This document shows, piece after piece, positions 1 to 10,460 of a stretch of 14,952 nucleotides of DNA. The stretch is from Octopus sinensis (taxonomy: Eukaryota): NCBI RefSeq assembly GCF_006345805.1, contig NW_021825704.1, forward strand, positions 1 through 14,952, read 5' to 3'. The number at the start of each line of letters is the position of its first letter. Within the stretch, counting starts at the first letter, position 1. A model generated the notes under the pieces. It was not told where the DNA came from. It was given only the letters and a program-made list of their open reading frames with translations, and did not search any database. The position numbers and the translations under genes were made by a program.

Positions 1-149
1 TCAATTGTGTAAACAATAAATTCCGGGGGAAAAAACTGGCAAACCCTTGTGTAGGACGGGGTTATCCCCATTAGATCGGATCCAGTTATATTCATGACGC
101 TCCAAGCCGAATTCGTCTGAAGGTGATAGCATTTCCATAGTCGGCAAAT

Positions 150-690
150 CGGGAGTTCCAGGTTCCAACACAAATTTCCTCTGATGTGGACACTGACTAA
201 GTCTCTCGTTTTGGAGTTTTAAAATGTCCCAGTGTCACGACAGATTTTCAGGATTCATGTGCTTTCGAGAAAAGCAATGCTTACATCGTTTGCCCCCGTT
301 GAAGCACATTGACGATAGTTCATGGAACCGCCAATTAATTATATATAGCTTGCCATAATTATTTAAATGTCATAGAAGCTGGGCATGGAGACTCACTGAC
401 AGTGCACCTCTGTGGTGTCCTAAATGCTTTATTGCTAAGACGATGCATGAAAGGGCCGCCTGTAGAACTTGTGTGTTTCTGTGTCTGCTCCCTTATGATG
501 GTAATGTTTGAGCTGCTGTTGCTGTCATTATCGCGTATAGGGGATGCAGTCCTCAAACCCACTGGACGCCAAGGTCTTGTTGTAATAGGGAACTGTGGAA
601 TCAAACATTGCCTTACTGAAGAACAGGCTCGAAATCCTCTTAGTGACACCCTTCACCAGGTTCTTGAAAATAACAGATGGATGAGAAGTG
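150..690 (-). mobile_element. Degenerate Penelope-like retroelement: RT C-terminus plus GIY-YIG endonuclease remnant
   Basis: Minus-strand translation gives SHPSVIFKNLVKGVTKRISSLFFSKAMFDSTVPYYNKTLASSGFED, then STGGPFMHRLSNKAFR, RCKHC..ILK and SQCPHQRKFVL. These match the PLE order HPP..KRIS.LS / YIG.T..FK.R..NH..SF / C.LC..EK..I / SKC.H..KF. Frameshifts and stops present; boundaries approximate. Confidence 0.75.
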
Positions 691-894
691 GAAGGAAACA
701 ACAGCACTGCTCGAAATAAGAGCTAAACCGTTCTATTACTGTAGTTAACTCATCAAGCGTGTCTTTAAGAGTCCTTGCCTCATTGCTATACAAAACTTGC
801 TCATCAATTCCCGTTTATATAGGACACAGTCTGTGCTATAATTCTCCTTTTCATTTCACATGGGTTTCCTTCATTCTTAATGTACTACACATGG

Positions 895-1837
895 CTTGAT
901 AGAGACTTAAATGTTATTACGCAGGCCAGGAAAAACAGCGCTACTTAATAAAGTTTCGATGGCAGGTCAAGCAATCCGACCTGGTTGGTTCCATCGATGT
1001 CGCGATGGGGGCCTACGAGAGCACCAATATTTGTGACCTCATCGGGCTAGGCATCCTTACTGGGCAATGCATCCGCTCTGGAGTTAACGGGCACACACTT
1101 GATCGACTGACAAAAGAACAGATTAGCGTCTTAAACTCTGTGAGAGGCAAAAGAAATATTGAAACAACCTCACCATAGTAATCCTCCTCGATGTCACGCT
1201 ACACTTGGGCTCCGGTTCAAACAGGCAAGCTAAACGACAGGCCGCCCTACATCAACACAGCCTCCTGCACATGCCTATCAAGTTCAGAAACTTAGTAAAG
1301 GGTGTCAGCAATAGGACCTCGTATCTGTCCTTGAATCAAGAAATTTTCGACTTCCAGAGATCCCTGGCCTGGCGGTGCTACCGAGAAGCGCTACCCGGGG
1401 CCGACCTGCCCGAGATGCGGGCAGAGCGACGAAACCGCTCTGCACGCAATCGTGCAGTGTCCAGCAATTTCCCACCTGTGGGCTTATGTCGAACGACTGC
1501 TGTCACGTGTGGGACGTGTCGGTTTATCAGCCGATTCTATCGTTAATATCGTCACGCCTCCTTCCTTCAAACGGGAAGAAAGAGCTATTTTTATCATACT
1601 TGTGGCTATGGCGAAATAATGTATCTGATGGACGCGCCTGAAAGGATTACAGACAAACACTTTCCTCTCTGGTCAATCTCTCATCAACTTCTTTCGACTC
1701 AGCCCTACGACGAGACCCTGGCGTCCAGCGTGTTTAAGGACCGCATCTCTTATGTTCCGGATCTTAAAACACGCAAAAGGGAGCGTTGCCAGAACGTCGT
1801 TTGGTTTGCCCCACCATTCTCAGTCAACGTTAAGACT
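895..1837 (+). mobile_element. Degenerate Penelope-like reverse transcriptase fragment, interrupted at 1353-1691
   Basis: DLNVITQARK, IDVAMGAYESTNICDLIGLGIL, NGHTLDRL, LLDVTL, FRNLVKGVSNRTSYLSLNQEIFD; after the insert PYDETLASS...RKRERCQNVVWFAPPFSVNVKT (PLE motif WFNPPFS.NVKT). The catalytic DD motif region appears deleted. Confidence 0.85.
1353..1691 (+). mobile_element. Internal fragment of a Tx1/L1-type LINE ORF2 (C-terminal CCHC zinc knuckle)
   Basis: FQRSLAWRCYREALP then, after a frameshift, CPRCGQSDETALHAIVQCPAISHLW...AK*CI*WTR (C-x2-C-x8-H-x4-C). Flanked by the direct repeat TTTCGACT at 1345-1352 and 1692-1699. Confidence 0.8.
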
Positions 1838-1889
1838 TATATGACTACAAGATATAGAATAACATTTGAATGGGAAACCATTTGCTTAC

Positions 1890-2124
1890 CTTTTGGCTCA
1901 ATGATGACTGTGTAGGAGGGATGGTCACAAGTTGATGAGTTGAGGCCTTGTTGTTTCTTAGATAAGACGGTCAGAGTAAGGTTATCAGTTTGTGATTCTC
2001 TCTCGAGAGTTATTTTACCTGGAGATCCATCTTTTGCATAAGTTTTATAGTCATAGTCATCTTCAGTAGGATAACGGTTGTTAAAGGCACCGTACACGGT
2101 GACCTCGGCACACCGGACACTCAC
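1890..2124 (-). CDS. Exon A3 (235 nt, phase 0-1): VSVRCAEVTVYGAFNNRYPTEDDYDYKTYAKDGSPGKITLERESQTDNLTLTVLSKKQQGLNSSTCDHPSYTVIIEPK
   Basis: Acceptor ctttgcttttctgaccAG|GTG, donor AAG|GTAAGC; diverged paralogue keeping both Cys, VTVY, YP, DYDYK, PGK, LTVxSK and PSY. The gene continues beyond the left edge or in an exon I could not identify. Confidence 0.85.
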
Positions 2125-2259
2125 CTGGTCAGAAAAGCAAAGATATATTTATATGGTTACCTCGGACACTGGACAAAGATATGTTCCCACAAATATACAG
2201 TTTGTCCCAGACAATATCCCTTCTATTACCCTCAAATATTATACACCAATGATACACAT

Positions 2260-2667
2260 AGACGCAAGAGTGGCTGTGTGGTAAGTAGCCTGCTTACCAA
2301 CCACACGGTTCCGGGTTCAGTCCCACTGCGTGGCACCTTGGGAAAGTGTTTTCTGCTATAGCCTCGGGCCGACTAAAGCCTTGTGAGTGGATTTGGCAGA
2401 CGGAAACTGAAAGAAGCCTGTTGTATATATGTGTATATATATATATATGTATATGTGTGTATTTGTGTGTCTGTGTCTGTCCCACCAACATCGCTTGACA
2501 ACCGATGCCGGTATGATTACGTCCCCGTTACTTAGCGGTTCTGCAAAAGAGACCGATAGAATAAGTACTAGGCTTACAAAGAATAAGACCTGGGTTCGAT
2601 TTGCTCGACTAAATGGCGGTGCTCCAGCATGGCCGCAGTCAAATGACTGAAACAAGTAAAAAAAAAA
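2260..2667 (+). mobile_element. tRNA-derived SINE (family 1)
   Basis: A-box-like TGGCTGTGTGG and B-box-like GGTTCAGTCCC head, internal (TA/TG)n, tail AAATGACTGAAACAAGTAAAA; second copy inverted at 14221-14622. Confidence 0.9.
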
Positions 2668-2790
2668 TTGACTCTCCTGATTTTCCAAATTGTTCTCTCT
2701 CAACAAGAATGAATCCTGATTTCACAGAATGCCATCTCTTTAGCCTTTAACAATTATGGACCTATTACCTACAATTGCAACAACTCAAAC

Positions 2791-3165
2791 GATGTGGCGA
2801 CAATCGTTAACACTTCATCTTCTCCAACCTCTTAAATCCTACTCCCTCTTCAAGGGTTCCCAGTATGACATCCATCATAAGGTTCAGCCGTATCTCGTCT
2901 CCTCCGAAGTTTTCAGACCCACCAATCTCATCTAGTATGGTTCTCCCCCTCACGGTTTCCCAGTTGACCCCATACACTCAAATCTTTTATCTAAAACGGA
3001 CACAAACAGACCCTAAGTCATATGCAGCTGATCAATTTTCAGCGGAGCGAAACGTGATGTGGAGGCAATCATTAACACTTCATCTTCTTCAGAATCTTAA
3101 ATCGTTTTCCCCCTGCATGGATTACTAATATGACATCCATAATAAAGTCCACCTGTATCTCGTCT
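2791..3165. repeat. Old ~265-bp tandem duplication, second copy interrupted by the array and resuming at 6783-6847
   Basis: 2791-2900 matches 3056-3165 (CAATC.TTAACACTTCATCTTCT...TATGACATCCAT...GTATCTCGTCT); 3001-3065 matches 6783-6847 (CACAAACAGA.CCTAA...TATGCAGCTGATCA). Confidence 0.8.
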
Positions 3166-6100
3166 TTGGAGAAGACATTTACGGATTCCATGGACAGCGA
3201 GGCTCGCCAATGGAGAAGTTCTTAAGCAGATCAGGCCGAAATGTCGCTAGAAGCTGGGATCACCAAGCATAGATTGGCATATTTTGGTCATATTATGCTG
3301 AGATAATCCCTGGAGAAGGATATCATGCTCGGATGGTCAGTGGCAAGAGAGGAAGAGGCCAACCAATGGAGAAGTTCTTAAGCAGATAAGGACGAAAATG
3401 TCGCTAGAAGCTGGGATCACCAAGCATAGATTGGCATATTTCGGTCATATTATGCGGAGAAAATCCCTGGAGAAGGACATCATGCTCGGAATGGTTCAGT
3501 AACAAGAGAGGAAGAGGCCGACCATGGAGAAGTTCTTAAGCAGATCAGGCCGAAAATGTCGCTAGAATAGGATCACCAAGCATAGATTGGCATATTTGGT
3601 CATATTATGCGGAGAAAATCCCTGGAGAAGGACATCATGCTCGGAATGGTCAGTAACAAGAGAGTAAGAGGGCCGACCAATGGAGAAGTTCTTAAGCAGA
3701 TCAGGCCGAAAATGTCGCTAGAAGCTAGGATCACCAAGCATAGATTGGCATATTTTGGTCATATTATGTGGAGAAAATCCCTGGAGAAGGACATCATGCT
3801 CGGAATGGTCAGTAACAAGAGAGGAAGAGGCCGACCAATGGAGAAGTTCTTAAGCAGATCAGGCCGAAAATGTCTCTAGAAGCTAGGATCACCAAGCATA
3901 GATTGGCATATTTTGGTCATATTATGTGGAGGAAGTCCCTGGAGAAGGACATCATGCTCGGAATGGTCAGTGGCAAGAGAGGAAGAGGCCAACCAATGGA
4001 GAAGTTCTGAAGCAGATCAGGCCGAAAATGTCGCTAGAAGCTAGGATCACCAAGCATAGATTGGCATATTTTGGTCATATATTTTATGGAGAAAATCCCT
4101 GGAGAAGGACATCATGCTCGGAATGGTCAGTAACAAGAGAGAAGAGGCCGACCAATGGAGAAGTTCTTAAGCAGATCATGCCGAAAATGTCGCTAGAAGC
4201 TAGGATCACCAAGCATAGATTGGCATATTTTGGTCATATTATGTGGAGAAAATCCCTGGAGAAGGACATCATGCTCGGAATGGTCAGTGTCAAGAGAGGA
4301 AGAGGCCGACCAATGGAGAAGTTCTGAAGCAGATCAGGCCGAAAATGTCGCTAGAAGCTGGGATCACCAAGCATAGATTGGCATATTTCGGTCATATTAT
4401 GCGGAGAAAATCCCTGGAGAAGGACATCATGCTCGGAATGGTCAGTGGCAAGAGAGGAAGAGGCCAACAATGGAGAAGTTCTTAAGCAGATCAGGCCGAA
4501 AATGTCGCTAGAAGCTAGGATCTCCAACCATAGATTGGCATATTTTGGTCATATTATGTGGAAAAATCCCTGGAGAGGACATCATGCTCGGAATGGTCAG
4601 TGGCAAGAGAGTAAGAGGCCGACCATGGAGAAGTTCTTAAGCAGATCAGGCCGAAAATGTCGCTAGAACTAGGATCACCAGCATAGATTGGCATATTTTG
4701 GTCATATTATGTGGAGAAAATCCCTGGAGAAGGACATCTCGGCGAATGGTCAGTAACAAGAGAGGAAGAGGCCGACCAATGGAGAAGTTCTTAAGCAGAT
4801 CAGGCCGAAAATGTCTCTAGAAGCTAGGATCACCTAGCATAGATTGGCATATTTTGGTCATATTATGTGGAGGAAGTCCCTGGAGAAGGACATCATGCTC
4901 GGAATGGTCAGTGGCAAGAGAGGAAGAGGCCAACCAATGGAGAAGTTCTGAAGCAGATCAGGCCGAAAATGTCGCTAGAAGCTAGGATCACCAAGCATAG
5001 ATTGGCATATTTTGGTCATATTATGTGGAGAAAATCCCTGGAGAAGGACATCATGCTCGGAATGGTCAGTAACAAGAGAGGAAGAGGCCGACCAATGGAG
5101 AAGTTCTGAAGCAGATCAGGCCGAAAATGTCGCTAGAAGCTAGGATCACCAACCATAGATTGGCATATTTCGGTCATATTATGCGGAGAAAATCCCTGGA
5201 GAAGGACATCATGCTCGGAATGGTCAGTGGCAAGAGAGGAAGAGGCCAACCAATGGAGAAGTTCTTAAGCAGATCAGGCCGAAAATGTCGCTAGAAGCTA
5301 GGATCACCAAGCATAGATTGGCATATTTTGGTCATATTATGTGGAGAAAATCCCTGGAGAAGGACATCATGCTCGGAATGGTCAGTGGCAAGAGAGGAAG
5401 AGGCCGACCAATGGAGAAGTTCTTAAGCAGATCAGGCCGAAAATGTCGCTAGAAGCTAGGATCACCAAGCATAGATTGGCATATTTTGGTCATATTATGC
5501 GGAGAAAATCCCTGGAGAAGGACATCATGCTCGGAATGGTCAGTAACAAGAGAGGAAGAGGCCGACCAATGGAGAAGTTCTTAAGCAGATCAGGCCGAAA
5601 ATGTCGCTAGAAGCTAGGATCACCAAGCATAGATTGGCATATTTTGGTCATATTATGTGGAGAAAATCCCTGGAGAAGGACATCATGCTCGGAATGGTCA
5701 GTAACAAGAGAGGAAGAGGCCGACCAATGGAGAAGTTCTTAAGCAGATCAGGCAAAAAATGTCGCTAGAAGCTAGGATCACCAAGCATAGATTGGCATAT
5801 TTTGGTCATATTATGTGGAGAAAATCCCTGGAGAAGGACATCATGCTCGGAATGGTCAGTAACAAAAGAGGAAGAGGCCGACCAATGGAGTTCTTAAGCA
5901 GATCAGGCCGAAAATGTCTCTAGAAGCTAGGATCACCAAGCATAGATTGGCATATTTTGGTCATATTATGTGGAGAAAATCCCTGGAGAAGGACATCATG
6001 CTCGGAATGGTCAGTGGCAAGAGAGGAAGAGGCCGACCAATGGAGAAGTTCTTAAGCAGATCAGGCCGAAAATGTCGCTAGAAGCTAGGATCACCAAGCA

Positions 6101-6782
6101 TAGATTGGCATATTTTGCTCATATTATGTTGAGAAAATCCCTGGAGAAGGACATCATGCTCGGAATGTTCAGTGTCAAGAGAGGAAGAGGCCGACCAATG
6201 GAGAAGTTCTGAAGCAGATCAGGCCGAAAATGTCGCTAGAAGCTAGGATCACCAAACATAGATTGGCATATTTTGGTCATATTATGTGGAGAAAATCCCT
6301 GGAGAAGGACATCATGCTTGGAATGGTCAGTGGCAAGAGAGGAAGAGGCCGACCAATGGAGAAGTTCTGAAGCAGATCAGTCCGAAAATATCGCTAGAAG
6401 CTAGGATCACCAACCATCGATTGGCATATTTTGGTCATATTATGCGGAGAAAATCCCTGGAGAAGGACATCATGCTCGGAATGGTCAGTGGCAAGAGAGG
6501 AAGAGGCCGACCAATGGAGAAGTTCTTAAGCAGATCAGGCCGAAAATATCGCTAGAAGCTAGGATCACCAAGCATAGATTGGCATATTTTGGTCATATTA
6601 TGCGGAGAAAATCCCTGGAGAAGGACATCATGCTCGGAATGGTCAGTGGCAAGAGAGGAAGAGGCCGACCAATGGAGAAGTTCTTACGCAGATCAGGCCG
6701 AAAATGTCGCTAGAAGCTAGGATCACCAAGCATAGATTGGCATATTTTGGTCATATTATGCGGAGAAAATCCCTGGAGAAGG
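3166..6782 (+). repeat. Tandem array of ~22.7 copies of a 158-bp unit derived from the 3' coding region of an RTE-clade LINE
   Basis: Period 158 (e.g. CCAATGG at 3835 and 3993). Lead-in WRRHLRIPWTAR and unit NGEVLKQIRPKMSLEARITKHRLAYFGHIMRRKSLEKDIMLGMVSGKRGRGRP match the RTE/BovB ORF C-terminus (L.YFGHIMR...GKR.RGRP). 158 is not a multiple of 3, so there is no continuous ORF. Confidence 0.93.
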
Positions 6783-6914
6783 CACAAACAGAACCTAATT
6801 TATATGCAGCTGATCAGTTTCGGCGGGGCGACGAGATAAGTTGGAGGTTGAATAATCACGTGACCGTAAAATAGAAAAAGTAATGTAGCGGATGTTGAGG
6901 AAGAATCGTCTTAC

Positions 6915-7036
6915 CAGAATCGCACTTCCGGAGGAATCTGTACTGTTGGTGATTTCCAAAACGTGTTCTTGTATTTTTCCATTCTTGAGAATACTGTTAT
7001 TAAGCAACTGGCTGATTTCACCAACAACAGGTGTCG
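6915..7036 (-). CDS. Exon B2 (122 nt, phase 1-0): (A)TPVVGEISQLLNNSILKNGKIQEHVLEITNSTDSSGSAIL
   Basis: Acceptor tattccgattgtAG|CG, donor CTG|GTAAGACG (same donor context as B0/B1); same 122-nt length as B1; HVLEITNST aligns with QVLQVTNTT. Confidence 0.82.
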
Positions 7037-7086
7037 CTACAATCGGAATACATCGTCTATGATGAAGGCGAAAATACGTTATAAAT

Positions 7087-7121
7087 ACACACACACATAC
7101 ATGCACACACACACACACACA

Positions 7122-7170
<49 letters not shown>

Positions 7171-7186
7171 TATATATATATATATA
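7087..7186. repeat. (CA)n/(TA)n microsatellite
   Basis: Directly visible. Confidence 0.95.
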
Positions 7187-7698
7187 CTAGCAGTATCGCC
7201 CGGCGTTGCTCGGGTTTGTAAGGGAAATAACTATATAAGCATTTTTAGAGAGTTACTTCCTTTATAGATGCCAATTCGGGCTTTCTTAGCCATTTCTGTT
7301 TTGGTGTCTTCAAGCCATGAAGTCGTTGTTCTAAAAGAACGCTGGTCTCCTTGACAACGCTTTACGACGTTGATTTCTTTACACTCCCTTCCCTACAGCT
7401 TCACGAGGGAGGGAAGGGGGAGAAGCAAACAGGTGCAGCTGTGAGCGTGGACGCCAACTCCGCCGCCATCGACACACGATGCATTTTATGCATTAAAATG
7501 GAATAAAAAATGATGTTAAATTATTTTTAAAATCGTAGACTCATCGTAGACGCGCGCTAATAGCCAGACGGGCTCGATATTAATCACGACTATAAGATAC
7601 CCGAAGTTGGTTAAACTGCACCGCAAAATGTGGGAGGAGTTAGGAATCTAAATCGTAGGAGACAGACACTCACACAACTACAGTTTTATATATATAGA
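7187..7698 (-). mobile_element. Non-autonomous Helitron
   Basis: On the minus strand it starts 5'-TC(TATATATATAAAACTG), ends in the hairpin CCCG-AGCAACGC-CGGG followed 8 nt later by CTAG-3', and sits between host A and T with no TSD. Confidence 0.8.
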
Positions 7699-7747
7699 TA
7701 TATAATTATATATATATACACATATATATATATATGTATATATATAC

Positions 7748-7784
<37 letters not shown>

Positions 7785-7840
7785 TATATATTATATATAT
7801 GTGTGTATATATATATGTTTATATATATAATATATACACA
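7699..7840. repeat. Imperfect (TA)n microsatellite
   Basis: Directly visible. Confidence 0.95.
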
Positions 7841-8143
7841 TGTGGAGGCGCAATGGCCCAGTGGTTAGGGCAGCGGACTCGCGGTCGTAGGATCGCGGTT
7901 TCGATTCCCAGACCGGGCGTTGTGAGTGTTTATTGAGCGAAAACACCTTAAAGAGCTCCACAATGCTCCAGTAGGGGGTGGTTATCCCTGCTGTACTCTT
8001 TCACCACTCTTTCTCTCACTCTTTCTTCTGTTGGCCTGCTCGCTTAGCCAGCGGGGTGGCGTCATTCGAAGACTAAAACAATGCGAACGCATTGTGACTA
8101 GCGATGTGTAAGAACATATGATGGTCTGGTCGGTCACGTGATA
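7841..8143 (+). mobile_element. tRNA-derived SINE (family 2)
   Basis: A box TGGCCCAGTGG, B-box-like GTTTCGATTCC, ~230-bp non-tRNA body, inserted in a TA tract. Confidence 0.8.
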
Positions 8144-8312
8144 TATACACATACACAAAGACATTCGATAGTACTGCCACCACGAACATTTTTTTTTGCC
8201 TATCTAAAGCTCTACAGACAAATTGTGCACTTGTGAACCTCTGGATTACGTGTACCCGTAACAACACTGAAGGAGGGTGATGTTTAGGGGTTGAAAACTT
8301 GTAAATACTTAC

Positions 8313-8396
8313 CGTTGTAACATGCAGAGTCGAGTTGTTTTGCAGTACATGGGCTGTGGACATGTTTGACAAGGCAAGCCGCTTCAACTCTGGATG
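8313..8396 (-). CDS. Probable exon C (84 nt, phase 1-1), Cys-containing linker: (A)SRVEAACLVKHVHSPCTAKQLDSACYN
   Basis: Strong acceptor tctttttccctcatAG and consensus donor G|GTAAGT; length divisible by 3; open in phase 1, so it fits between A2 and B2. No paralogue in the window supports it. Confidence 0.6.
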
Positions 8397-8790
8397 CTAT
8401 GAGGGAAAAAGACACATGTTAGAACAGGAATAGACAGACCTTCCATCGGCTGGTAGTGAGAACATCTAACCATGCTAATAATCAGCGTCTAGGTGGCGCT
8501 AAATTTCGAAACCGGTACCGAGTTGACCAGCATTTACTTGTTCTGACCCATTTGAGGTAAGACATTATTATTGTTCACTGATATAGTTTCCTATCTTGTC
8601 TGTAATAGATTTGTGACTTTTCGGTGGTACAGAAGTATTTTTCGACTTCTATCATTGGCTATATAGGTACTCATGTAGTACCCTTGTGTATATATGTACA
8701 TATCAAATATTGTATGAACATATTTCATTAATTTGCCTGTACGGCTAATAATTCGCTTACCAATAGTGATGATATTGAAATAATACCATC

Positions 8791-8829
<39 letters not shown>

Positions 8830-8910
8830 ATATATAATATATATATATAATAATATAATATATATAATATATATAATATATATATAATAATATAATATAA
8901 TATATATAAT
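8791..8910. repeat. (CT)n followed by TA/TAA low-complexity tract
   Basis: Directly visible. Confidence 0.9.
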
Positions 8911-8926
8911 AATTAACCACTATATA

Positions 8927-9350
8927 AAAAACCACTATTAGGCAATCATAGAGTGAAAATCATAAGCGACTACATAGAAATAAAATTAATTAAAAATATA
9001 TAAAAAATAAAATATAAAATATAAAAATCTAATTAAAATATTTAAATTAAAGTTAAAATTTTTTTTAATTATTTAAATTAATAATTTAAATTTAAAAATT
9101 ATAAATATATATATATTTTATTATTATTTTATATAATTTTTTTAATAATTAAGTAAAATAATAATAAAATATATATATATTTATAATTTTTAAGTTTAAA
9201 TTAATAATTTTAATAATTTTTTAAAATTTTAACTTTAATTTAAATATTTTAATTGGATTTTTATATTTTATATTTTATATTTATCAATTAATTTTATTTC
9301 TATGTATTGGCTTATGATTTTCACTGTATGATTTGCCTAATCTGGTTTTA
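8927..9350. repeat. Long imperfect AT-rich inverted repeat (foldback), arms ~205 bp, short loop near 9140
   Basis: AAAACCACTATTAGGCAATCATAGAGTGAAAATCATAAGCGACTACATAGAAATAAAATTAATT pairs with AATTAATTTTATTTCTATGTATTGGCTTATGATTTTCACTGTATGATTTGCCTAATCTGGTTTT, and complementarity continues to the centre. Confidence 0.88.
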
Positions 9351-9438
9351 TCTCTAATTTAATATAATATATATTTATACTATAGAATTAGATTTAATCC
9401 TAAATCTAATTTTTCCCTGTAAGTTTGGATTTACTCCA

Positions 9439-9442
<4 letters not shown>

Positions 9443-9495
<53 letters not shown>

Positions 9496-9524
9496 ATATA
9501 TATATATATATATGTATGTATGTA

Positions 9525-9598
<74 letters not shown>

Positions 9599-9720
9599 TT
9601 AGAGCAAAACCACTATTTTCCAAATCAAACAAGGAAGACTTAATCAATACATAAAAAATTTAATACAAAGTAAATAAATCGCCAATAAATAATTTCCTTG
9701 TAAATTTGGATTTTCCCTAA

Positions 9721-9803
<83 letters not shown>

Positions 9804-9870
9804 ATGTAATATATATATATATATATAGATATAGATATTGTATATATATATATATATATATAATATATAT

Positions 9871-9920
<50 letters not shown>

Positions 9921-9935
9921 TAGATATAGATACAG
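9443..9935. repeat. (TA)n/(TTA)n microsatellite block with an embedded AT-rich repeat fragment at ~9598-9722
   Basis: Directly visible; the embedded piece shares terminal motifs with 9344-9443 and 13478-13498. Confidence 0.9.
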
Positions 9936-9956
9936 ATATTGTGTGTATGTGCGTGT

Positions 9957-10275
9957 GTGAAGGTGCATGGCTCAGTGGTTAGAGCGTCGAGCTTACGATC
10001 GCGCGGTAATGAGTTCGAATCCTGGACCAGGCTGTGTGTTGTGTTCTTGAGCAAGACACTTTATTTCAATTGCTCCAGTTCACTCGGCGATAGAAATGAG
10101 TTGCGACATCACAGGTGCCAAGCTGTAACGGCCATTTTGCCTTTCCTTTGGGTAACACTGGTGGTGTGGAGAGGGGAGGCCGGTATGCATGTCCGACTGC
10201 TGGTCTACCATGAACAACCTTGCCCGGACTTGTGCCTCAGAGGGTAACTTCCTACGTGCAATCCGATGGTCAGTC
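9957..10275 (+). mobile_element. tRNA-derived SINE (family 3)
   Basis: A box TGGCTCAGTGG, B box GTTCGAATCC, followed by a non-tRNA body (TTGAGCAAGACACTTTA...). 3' boundary approximate. Confidence 0.8.
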
Positions 10276-10302
10276 TCAGCACGTGTACGTGTGTTCTGCT
10301 GT

Positions 10303-10460
10303 GTAGTAGTAGTAGTAGTTGTTGTTGTAGTTTTAGTAGTAGTAGTAGTTGTTGTTGTAGTGGTAGTAGTAGTAGTAGTAGTGATTGTTGTTTGGGCTGT
10401 TAGTGGCAGTGTTAGAACGTGGTGGTGGGAGTGCTGGTTGTAGTAGTGGTACTACTAGAT
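10303..10460. repeat. (GTA)n/(GTT)n/(GTG)n trinucleotide low-complexity tract
   Basis: Directly visible. Confidence 0.9.

Noticed and set aside
720-890. Possible hAT transposase relic or short terminal exon on the minus strand (TDCVLYKRELMSK / AMRQGLLKTRLMS*)
   Set aside because: Similarity too short and acceptor too weak to support either call without a database search.
3207-6782. CRISPR array or repeat-protein gene suggested by the many similar ORFs
   Set aside because: No unique spacers; the 158-bp unit shifts frame every copy; the peptide is a LINE ORF fragment; eukaryotic context.
7845-7920. tRNA genes here and at ~2260-2330 and ~9960-10030
   Set aside because: A and B boxes are present but there is no convincing full cloverleaf, and each runs into a SINE body.
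8755-8790. Minus-strand donor-like TTG|GTAAGC near 8760
   Set aside because: No polypyrimidine acceptor upstream, only a (GA)n tract.
10303-10460. Thr-rich mucin-like exon on the minus strand
   Set aside because: The Thr-rich frame is broken by a stop (ACG TTC TAA) and no convincing splice sites flank it.
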